From: Firmicutes bacterium TM09-10
Lineage (GTDB): Bacteria; Bacillota; Clostridia; Lachnospirales; Lachnospiraceae
Reading direction: 5' to 3'
DNA length: 44,055 nucleotides
Assembly: GCA_963639645.1 (NCBI GenBank)
Contig: CAVHWG010000018.1
Coordinates: 1-44,055 of the forward strand
Made by a program: the position numbers and the translations under genes. The notes under the pieces were generated by a model. It was not told where the DNA came from. It did not search any database and saw only the letters and a program-made list of their open reading frames with translations. Shown one piece after another: positions 36,000 through 44,055 of the stretch; the stretch's first letter is position 1; the number at the start of each line of letters is the position of its first letter.

Positions 36000-36896
36000 A
36001 TGAAAGCAGGAAAAGGGAAAAAGAGTAAATTTAAAAAGCGGGATCTGCTTGGGTGGCTGGTAATGCTGCCAACCATAATCTTGTTTACTTTTTTTGTGTG
36101 GGAACCGTTGCTGGAAAATGTCCGGCTGAGTTTCTGTACCGCGAAGATGTATACCGTAACCGGATTTGCAGGCTTTGATAATTACAATCAGGTACTTCAT
36201 GATGTGGACTTCAAGGCGGCTTTCTTCAATACGTTTAAGTATACATTCTGGTCATTCCTGATCGGTTTTATCGTGCCGATCATCATGGGTATTTTGATTT
36301 CGGAAACGGTTCATCTTAAGGGGCTGTTTCGTGTTGGAATCTATTTCCCGAACATTATGCCGACACTGGCAACAATCTGGATCTGGAGTTATTTCTTCCT
36401 TCCGGGACCGACCGGTGTATTGAACATTATTCTTGGCAAATTCGGTATTGAACCGTCCGTGTGGCTGAACAATCCTAAGTGGACGATTCCTCTCATCATC
36501 ATAACGATGACATGGAAGAGTGCCGGATCGACAGCACTCATCTACATGGCGAATATCAGTGGAATCAGTCCGGATCTCTATGAGGCGGCCACGATTGACG
36601 GAGCGACGATCTGGCAGAGAGTCTGTCATATTACACTGCCGAGCCTGAAAGGCATCATTAAGACGATGATCATCCTGCAGTTTATCTCGGTATTCCAGAT
36701 TCTGTATGAGCCGATGATCTTCAAGAACGGTGGACCGAACAATGCAAGTATCTCACTGATGATGCTGATGTATCGTTACGGTTACCGCGATTACAATGTG
36801 CCGAAAGCAGCTGCATTATCCGTTATGATCTGTATCATTCTGATCATTTTAAGCGGTATCTACATGAAAGCGACCAAGTCTGAGGATGATGCATAA
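36000..36896 (+). CDS. Carbohydrate ABC transporter permease 1
   Basis: EAA loop LYEAATIDGA, multiple TMs and GGP. Confidence 0.93.
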   Translation: MKAGKGKKSKFKKRDLLGWLVMLPTIILFTFFVWEPLLENVRLSFCTAKMYTVTGFAGFDNYNQVLHDVDFKAAFFNTFKYTFWSFLIGFIVPIIMGILISETVHLKGLFRVGIYFPNIMPTLATIWIWSYFFLPGPTGVLNIILGKFGIEPSVWLNNPKWTIPLIIITMTWKSAGSTALIYMANISGISPDLYEAATIDGATIWQRVCHITLPSLKGIIKTMIILQFISVFQILYEPMIFKNGGPNNASISLMMLMYRYGYRDYNVPKAAALSVMICIILIILSGIYMKATKSEDDA

Positions 36897-36910
36897 AGGA
36901 GGAAGGATCT

Positions 36911-37789
36911 ATGTTTTTCGATAAGTATCAATCAAAAAAAGACGGTGTCATTCGTGGTTACGATATCCGATCCCCGAAAGTGAAGATTCTGGCGATCGTG
37001 ATCATGGTCCTGTGCCTTTTGCTGGTGGCGATCTGCCTGTTCCCGGCAATCTGGGTATTCCTGGCAAGTTTTAAGGATATCAAGGAATTTACACGTAATG
37101 TCACCATTCTGCCGGATAAATTTGACTGGAGCCGCATGGCAGAGACCTGGAAAGCGTTCAAGTTCACAAAGTATTATCTGAACTCCTTGATCTCCGTAAC
37201 CGGATGTACCGTCTGTGCGGTTGTGTTCAATGGATTGCTTGCATACGGACTGAGTGTGTTAAAGCCGAAGGGATACAAGATCGTTAACGGTCTTGTAATG
37301 TGGAGCCTTCTGATTCCGGGAACGGTCAGCATTGTTGCAGTATTCCGTAATATTAACATTGTCGGTCTCAATAAAAGCTTTGTTCCGCTTTGGCTGGCAT
37401 TCGGTGCCAACGCATTCTATGTGGTACTGTTCAAACAGTTTTTCGAGGATATTCCAAGAGAACTGATCGAAGCTGCGGAGCTTGACGGATGCGGTGTATG
37501 GAGAATGTTTACGACCATTATGCTCCCACTTTCCAAGCCGATCATCTCGGTTGTCGCAATCTTTGCGATTACGGCTTCATGGTCCGATTTCCTGCTTCCG
37601 TATCTCGTATTGAACGGAACGGATAAGGTAACGGTTATGGTAAAACTGTTCTCGTTCAAGGACACACCGACGGATGCTGTCAGTGTACTGAGGGCTTCAT
37701 TTTTTGCAATCATTCCGCCGACAATCCTGTTTGCAATCTTTCAGAAACAGATTACGGACGGTGCTGCAACCGGTGCAGTAAAAGGCTGA
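36911..37789 (+). CDS. Carbohydrate ABC transporter permease 2
   Basis: ELIEAAELDG, WSDFLLP and the GAVKG terminus. Confidence 0.93.
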   Translation: MFFDKYQSKKDGVIRGYDIRSPKVKILAIVIMVLCLLLVAICLFPAIWVFLASFKDIKEFTRNVTILPDKFDWSRMAETWKAFKFTKYYLNSLISVTGCTVCAVVFNGLLAYGLSVLKPKGYKIVNGLVMWSLLIPGTVSIVAVFRNINIVGLNKSFVPLWLAFGANAFYVVLFKQFFEDIPRELIEAAELDGCGVWRMFTTIMLPLSKPIISVVAIFAITASWSDFLLPYLVLNGTDKVTVMVKLFSFKDTPTDAVSVLRASFFAIIPPTILFAIFQKQITDGAATGAVKG

Positions 37790-37824
37790 TAAAACGAGAG
37801 AAGGAAATAAAGAGGGAAACCAAC

Positions 37825-40101
37825 ATGGCAAAAATTGCAGACAGTTATTTTAAGATCGATCCCTGGAATATTGTTGAGGAGGGCTTTGATCCGGAGTATG
37901 GGATGACCGCAGAGTCCGTATTCTCGCTGGGCAACGAATATATGGGTGTGCGAGGATACTTTGAGGAGGGCTACAGCGGACCGACGCTTCTCGGAAGCTA
38001 CTTCAATGGGGTCTATGAGCGCCGCAAAGCTGCGGCAGAGGGCTATAAAGGAATCGTGCAGGAGACCGAATTCATGGTCAACAGCATCGACTGGCTCTAT
38101 CTTCGCATCTGGGCGGGAGATGAGCCGTTGGATCTGGCGAAAGATGAATTTGAAAAATACTATCGCACATTAAATTTAAAGAACGGACTTTTGCGCAGGC
38201 AGTTTATCTGGAAAACGGAAAAAGGCGAGCTTGAAATCCGGTTCGAGAGACTGATCTCCATGGTGAACAATGAGGTCGGCGCCCAGAGGCTTGTGATCAC
38301 ATCCAAAGGGTATACCGGATCCGTTCGTGTCTGTGCCGGACTTGATTTTAATACAACGCACGGCGCAGAGAAGATGAGTCTGTGGGAGTGCAGTGCACAG
38401 GAGATGGGATCGCAAAAAGGCCACATCAGCGGACACACAAAAAATACAGGAATGGAAGTGGACAGTTATTTTGTTCTTCAGGGAAGCATGACCGGGATTT
38501 CACAGGCGCGCGCAATCAAGGGCAACAAGTTTGTGGCAGAGGAATATGAGTTTTGCTTTGACGGTCATGGAAGCCGGACAATTGACAAGATCGTATGGAA
38601 TGTGACACCGCTTGCTCCGCAGACCGGAGCCAAGGAAGTGATGGAAAATCTGGAATCTATGACATTTGATGCGTTATGCCAGTCGAATGCGAACTGGTGG
38701 GATCAGGTGTGGCAGAGATCCGATGTGACGATTCGCGGAGACGAGGAGAACCAGCAGGGCATCCGATTCTGTATCTTTCAGATGTTCCAGACCTATCACG
38801 GAGCAATTCGCGGAACAAACATCGGAGCGAAAGGACTGACCGGAGAGGCGTACAACGGAAATGCATTCTGGGATACGGAAACATACTGTCTTCCGTTCTT
38901 CCTATTCCATGATAAACAGGCCGCCAGAAATCTTTTGTATTTCCGGTACGCAACACTGAAAGAAGCACGTAAGCGGGCAAAAGCACTGGACTGTGAGGGA
39001 GCATTCTATCCGATCGCAACGATCAGCGGACGGGAATGCTGCAATCTCTGGCAGCACGCGAGCCTGCAGCTTCAGGCATCAACCGCGGTGGCATACGGTA
39101 TCTGGATCTATGAAAAAGTAACAAAAGATACGTCGTTTACCGAGCAGTACGGACTTGAGATGCTGATCGAAATCTGCAGAATGCTTGCAACAAGAGGTGA
39201 TTACAGTGCGGATGGCGCTTTTTACGGATTCTACGGCGTGATGGGACCGGATGAGTTTCAGATGATGGTCAACCACAATGCCTACACGAATTATATGGGA
39301 CAGTTTAGTTTTCGCTACACACTGGAAGTGATCGAGCGCATGCAAAAGCAGGCGCCGGAAGCCTATGCAAAAGTGGTGGATCGCGTGCATTATTCGGACA
39401 GTGAGGGCTGCGACTGGAATCAAAAAGCAGATAAAATGTACATCCCATATGATGAGAAGCGCAGGCTCTATGAGCAGCATGACGGCTACTTTAAACTGCC
39501 GCATATCGATGTGGATGCGATACCGGTTGAGGAGTTTCCGCTGTATAACCATTGGACCTATGACCGCATTTATCGAAACGATATGATCAAGCAGCCGGAT
39601 GTACTGATGTTTATGCTTTTATTTAATTCGCAGTTTACCGAGGCAGAACTGAAGAATAATTATGAGTTTTATGAGCCTCGCTGTATTCACGAGAGTTCAC
39701 TATCCCCGTCCGTGCATTCCATTCTTGCCGCACAGCTGGGCAAGAAGGAGGAAGCGTTCGACTTTTTCAAGTTTGCAACGCGCATGGATCTGGATAACTA
39801 CAATCGCAACAGCGGGGAGGGCTTACATACGACATCGATCGCAGCAGCATGGATGAATATTGTGTACGGTTTTGGCGGTTTGCGTGCGGATGGCGATATG
39901 CTCACACTTGCGCCGTCGATTCCGAAACAGTGGAACGGTTATCAGTTCCACATTGTCTACGAGGATGAGATTATCTGCGTGGATGTAAAGAAAGGATATG
40001 TAGGCCTGCATACGGTAGGCGGCAGAGAGATCCGTCTTGGCATCTATGGAGAAAAGGTGACGATCAACGGACTGCCGCAGACATTTGCGATTCCTGCATA
40101 A
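37825..40101 (+). CDS. GH65 alpha-glucoside phosphorylase (maltose/kojibiose phosphorylase family)
   Basis: GNEYMGVRG, KGLTGEAY, FWDTE, GPDEF, IKQPDV and HESSLS motifs. Confidence 0.92.
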   Translation: MAKIADSYFKIDPWNIVEEGFDPEYGMTAESVFSLGNEYMGVRGYFEEGYSGPTLLGSYFNGVYERRKAAAEGYKGIVQETEFMVNSIDWLYLRIWAGDEPLDLAKDEFEKYYRTLNLKNGLLRRQFIWKTEKGELEIRFERLISMVNNEVGAQRLVITSKGYTGSVRVCAGLDFNTTHGAEKMSLWECSAQEMGSQKGHISGHTKNTGMEVDSYFVLQGSMTGISQARAIKGNKFVAEEYEFCFDGHGSRTIDKIVWNVTPLAPQTGAKEVMENLESMTFDALCQSNANWWDQVWQRSDVTIRGDEENQQGIRFCIFQMFQTYHGAIRGTNIGAKGLTGEAYNGNAFWDTETYCLPFFLFHDKQAARNLLYFRYATLKEARKRAKALDCEGAFYPIATISGRECCNLWQHASLQLQASTAVAYGIWIYEKVTKDTSFTEQYGLEMLIEICRMLATRGDYSADGAFYGFYGVMGPDEFQMMVNHNAYTNYMGQFSFRYTLEVIERMQKQAPEAYAKVVDRVHYSDSEGCDWNQKADKMYIPYDEKRRLYEQHDGYFKLPHIDVDAIPVEEFPLYNHWTYDRIYRNDMIKQPDVLMFMLLFNSQFTEAELKNNYEFYEPRCIHESSLSPSVHSILAAQLGKKEEAFDFFKFATRMDLDNYNRNSGEGLHTTSIAAAWMNIVYGFGGLRADGDMLTLAPSIPKQWNGYQFHIVYEDEIICVDVKKGYVGLHTVGGREIRLGIYGEKVTINGLPQTFAIPA

Positions 40102-40113
40102 AGGAGGTATCGA

Positions 40114-42299
40114 ATGCTGGATTGGACAATTAGAGAAGAAGGGTACGAGAATGAGAAGGCAGCAACGCTTGGCAGCCGTTATCTGATCGGCAACGGATAC
40201 ATAGGCATCCGCGGTACTCTCGAGGAATATGAGGCGGATAAACTCCCGGCAATCAACCTTGCGGGAATCTACGATCAGTCGAGCGGATGGCGTGAACCGA
40301 TCAATCTGCCAAACGGATGTTTTTCGTATCTTCGTGTAGACGGAGAGACCTACCGGCTTCCGGAGACAGCACCGGTATCGCATGGTATGGAGCTGGATTA
40401 CCGGCATGGTATATTCAAAAGACATACCACATGGCATACCGCAAGAGGAAATGTCACATTCAAAACAGAACGGTTCGCAAGTATGCAGGATGTGCACACG
40501 ATCGGGATGCGTTTTCAGATCAGTGCGGATTTTCATGCGGATATTGAGCTTGTGACCGGAATCGACACGGATGTATGGGATTTGAACGGACCGCATCTGG
40601 AGAAGATTGCGATGGAGGAGCAACAGGATTACATTGCCGTGACGGCAAAGACGCATGAGGCGCGGATCTCGATCGCGGTGGCTGAGACGATACAGAATGC
40701 GTTTCCTGCTGAGGTAAAGCAGATTGTCAAGCATCACAAGATGCTGCACCGCATTTTCTTTATCACGATGCCGGGAGAGGTGTACACAACAGAAAAATGG
40801 ATCAGCGTGTATACCGGTAAAGATGGCAGACATCCGAAGGATATGGTAATTGAGCAGGTGCGCCGGAAGAAAGAAAAAGGCTATCAGACGTTCAAAGAGG
40901 AACAGATCGCATGTTGGGAAAGTCTGTGGGCACATTCCGAGGTGCAGATCAAGGGAGATGCCAGGGCGATGAGCGCAGTCAATTATTCGCTGTATCATCT
41001 GCATTCCATCGCACCGCGGCACACACAGAGCCTGTCAATCCCGGCACGGGGATTGTCGGGACAGACCTACAAAGGTGCGGTATTCTGGGATACCGAGATG
41101 TTTATGCTGGATTTCTTTCTTATGACAGATCCGGATACGGCGCGTGTGTTGATGAAGTACAGGATCGACACGTTGCAGGGCGCTTTGGACAAGGCGAAGC
41201 ACTACGGATATGAGGGTGCGTTCTATGCGTGGGAAAGTCAGGAAGGCGGCTTTGACGCATGCACGGATTACAATGTTACGGATGTCTTTACCGGCCGGCC
41301 GATGCGCACATATTTCAAGGATAAACAGGTGCATATCTCCGCAGCGGTCGTGTATGGAATCATGCGTTATGTGGAGTGGACAGGGGACGAGAGTCTGCTG
41401 GATGCGGATGGTATCCGAACGGTGATCGAATGTGCAAAATTCTATTACAGTCTGTTACTTCACCGGCTGACCGGAAAAGTTTACGAGATCCATGATGTGA
41501 TCGGACCGGATGAGTACCATGAGCGGGTTAACAACAATGCGTATACGAATCGTATGGCAAAACAAAATATGTGTTGGAAAAAGCGATTGAAGTGATTGCT
41601 CTGGCAACAAAAGATGGCATTTTGCCTGCGGATTATGACGGTGAGATACTGACTGCAAAGTTTCAGGATGCGGCAGAAAAACTATATATTCCACAGCCGA
41701 CACAGGATGAAGATCACAAAGACGTTGTGGAACAGTTTGACGGATATTTTCAGCTTGAGGATGCGACACTGGACGAAGTCCGGGGCAGACTTCTGCATGA
41801 AAAGGAGTATTGGGGCGGCGCATACGGCGTAGCTTCACAGACACAGATCATTAAACAGGCGGATGTTGTCACCATTTTAAACCTGTTTAGCCAAGATTAT
41901 GGTTCCACCGTGCTCCGGGCAAATTGGGAATATTATGAACCAAGAACGGAGCACGGATCCTCCCTCAGTGCGGGCATGTATGCGATGCTTGCATGTAAGA
42001 TCGGAGAGCCGGATCGGGCTTATCCTTTTTTCTTAAAATCTGCGATGGCGGATCTGAAAGAAGGCTCCAAGGAGTGGGCGGGGCTTGTTTATATCGGAGG
42101 AACACACCCTGCAGCGGCCGGTGCCGCTTATATGACCGCGGTGGAAGGCTTTGCCGGCGTATGTGTGGAGAACGGACAACTGGTATGTCATCCGCATCTG
42201 CCACAAAGCATAAAAGCAATGCATTTTCATGTGTTCTACCGTGGAACGGAATACGAAGTGAATATTAATGGAACAAATGGAACGGTTACAGCGCTCTGA
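40114..42299 (+). pseudogene. GH65 phosphorylase (nigerose phosphorylase-like) split by a 5-bp duplication
   Basis: ORF 40114-41595 carries ARGLSGQTYKG, FWDTE and GPDEYH; ORF 41571-42299 carries IKQADV and HGSSLS. Removing one CAAAA of 41558-41567 gives a single 726-aa frame. Confidence 0.9.
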
Positions 42300-43296
42300 C
42301 ACTGTCACGTTCGATCAGTTTCGTTGGAAGTGTGATCTCTTTGGTCTCGAGAGGTTTTCCGCTGAGGAGCTGCAGCATGAAGTCTACAGCGAGGCGGCCC
42401 TTGAGGTTCATGTCCTGACGGATCGTTGTCAGAGGCGGAGATACTAACTGGGCGATATTGATGTCATCGAAACCGACGATCGAGATATCGTCCGGAATAC
42501 GCACTCCCTTGGATTTCAGGCCGGCCATAATGCCGGCCGCCATAATATCTGCACTTACCACAATACCGGTAATTTCAGGGTGTTTTACGATGTCATCGCA
42601 GGCAAGCTTACAGGAGGCAATATCCATTTCCTGCTGGAAGATCAGACTTTTGTCAAAAGGAATGGAGGCCTCGGCAAGCGCTGCTTTGTAACCGAGAAAA
42701 CGCTCCTGCAATACACCTCCATCTTTGATATTCGGGGAGGCAAAGGCAATATGTCTGTGACCTTTTTCGATCAGGTGGCGGGTGGCGTTATAGCTTCCGG
42801 TGAAATCTTCAAGTCCGACATTACAGAACTGTGATGTGCGGACGTAGGAATCAATGAGCACGACCGGAATATGGAGACCTGCAACGGAATCAAAGAATTT
42901 GTCTTTGAAGATTCCGGTAAAAAACAGACCATCCATGTTCCACGTCTGGAGAAAGGTTACCAGTTCCTCAGCGGTCTCAACGGTGCGCAGCATGAGATAA
43001 TATCCGTTTTCGCGGAGCGCCAGCTCGATCGCACCGATTGCTGCGGAATGAAACGGGTCCTCCATCACATTCGCATCGGTTCTCGTGATGACGTGGTTGA
43101 CGAAACCGATCACTTTGGAAGAACTTGATACGAGTGAGCGTGCGGACATATTCGGAACGTAGCCAAGCTGCTTGATCGCGTTGTTAATGCTTTGGATCGT
43201 TTCGGCAGACACACGGTTGTTCTTACCGTGGATGACATTGGATACGGTTGTGGCACTGACACCGGTGGCCTGTGCGATATCGCGGATGGTAACCAT
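42286..43296 (-). CDS. LacI family transcriptional regulator
   Basis: TIRDIAQATGVSATTVSNV, YVPN, SIVGFDD and PPLTTI motifs. Confidence 0.95.
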   Translation of the reverse strand: MVTIRDIAQATGVSATTVSNVIHGKNNRVSAETIQSINNAIKQLGYVPNMSARSLVSSSSKVIGFVNHVITRTDANVMEDPFHSAAIGAIELALRENGYYLMLRTVETAEELVTFLQTWNMDGLFFTGIFKDKFFDSVAGLHIPVVLIDSYVRTSQFCNVGLEDFTGSYNATRHLIEKGHRHIAFASPNIKDGGVLQERFLGYKAALAEASIPFDKSLIFQQEMDIASCKLACDDIVKHPEITGIVVSADIMAAGIMAGLKSKGVRIPDDISIVGFDDINIAQLVSPPLTTIRQDMNLKGRLAVDFMLQLLSGKPLETKEITLPTKLIERDSVRAL

Positions 43297-43319
43297 AGAA
43301 ATCTCCTTTGTAACAGCAG

Positions 43320-43333
43320 GTTTAACCTAAAAC
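43320..43333. promoter_or_regulatory. Third LacI-type operator in the lacI/pgmB divergent region
   Basis: GTTTAACCTAAAAC, 12/14 identical to the palindrome at 34308. Confidence 0.7.
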
Positions 43334-43382
43334 CTTTATTTGATTAGAGTTTATCACGAAACAAGAACAGGAGCAAGATTAT

Positions 43383-44030
43383 ATGATACGGGGAATTATT
43401 TTTGATTTGGATGGGGTGCTGGTTTCGACCGATGAAATGCACTATCAGGCGTGGAAACGCTTAGCGGATGAACTGAATATCACGGGATTTACGCGAGAGG
43501 ACAACCGCAGACAGCGCGGTGTGAGCCGCATGGCTTCATTGGAAGTCGTATTGGAAAAAGCGGATCGTACCTACAGTGACGAGGAGAAGGCTGCACTTGC
43601 GGAGCGTAAGAACAATTATTATCTGGAACTTCTTGAGGATATGGATGAATCTGCAGTACTTGAGAATGTGAAGGATGTATTAAAGGAGTTAAAGGACAGG
43701 GAACTTCTTCTTGCGGTGGGATCGGCAAGTAAGAATGCGCCGGTTATTCTGGAGAAGACAGGACTTCTGCCTTATCTTGACAGGGTCAGCTGCGGGCTCG
43801 ATACAACGAAGTCGAAGCCCGATCCGGAAGTGTTTCTTGTGGCTGCAAGGAAGCTGGAACTTCCGCCGGAGAAATGCCTTGTTGTGGAGGATTCGGCTGC
43901 CGGAATTCAGGCAGCTGCAGCGGGGGGAATGAAGTCGCTTGCGGTCGGACCGTTTTATCAGTCACTTCATGCGGATTTTCAGGCACCGCTGCTTTGTAAA
44001 GTAGAAGATTGGGAGAGCATTTTAGCATAA
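43383..44030 (+). CDS. pgmB: Beta-phosphoglucomutase
   Basis: FDLDGVLVST, HYQAWK, GVSRMASL, SASKN, KPDPE and VEDS; GH65 context. Confidence 0.93.
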   Translation: MIRGIIFDLDGVLVSTDEMHYQAWKRLADELNITGFTREDNRRQRGVSRMASLEVVLEKADRTYSDEEKAALAERKNNYYLELLEDMDESAVLENVKDVLKELKDRELLLAVGSASKNAPVILEKTGLLPYLDRVSCGLDTTKSKPDPEVFLVAARKLELPPEKCLVVEDSAAGIQAAAAGGMKSLAVGPFYQSLHADFQAPLLCKVEDWESILA

Positions 44031-44055
44031 GGAGATGGAACGTGCAAAAAAGAAA

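Noticed and set aside
39823..41022. 399-aa minus-strand ORF (and similar ones such as 20388-21293 and 32016-32729)
   Set aside because: Antisense to well-supported genes, with atypical composition and no motifs.
44042..44055. Start of a gene after pgmB (GGAG then GTG)
   Set aside because: Only four codons are visible, so it cannot be called.

Overview
Chromosomal segment of a butyrate-producing Lachnospiraceae. A Roseburia-like origin is inferred from the but gene and the gene content. No rRNA, tRNA, CRISPR array, transposase or integrase was recognised. Contents from left to right: (1) A truncated TetR gene fused at a GATC to a fucO-like fragment, and a divergent GH18. (2) A tightly packed cell-surface operon with no glycosyltransferase, flippase or polymerase inside it: cpsB-cpsC-cpsD tyrosine phosphoregulation, LCP transferase, Asn/Ser-rich SPKTG protein, class B sortase, divergent Hsp90-like ATPase, signal peptidase I and Mrp. 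(3) LTA synthase, butyryl-CoA:acetate CoA-transferase with a Rex box, GT2, RlmI-like methyltransferase and an NSS transporter. (4) A decaying accessory patch: doubly deleted DUF438/PAS gene, orphan antitoxin, MATE, transglutaminase-like protein, ECF module and DUF3842 stub. (5) rlmD with an integrative-element-type 3' tail, followed by a Listeria qui2-like quinate/shikimate cluster and an ABC remnant. (6) trxB and a LacI-controlled alpha-glucoside ABC/GH65/beta-PGM locus whose second GH65 is frameshifted by a CAAAA duplication. All family assignments come from motif recognition and recalled sequences; no database search was run.
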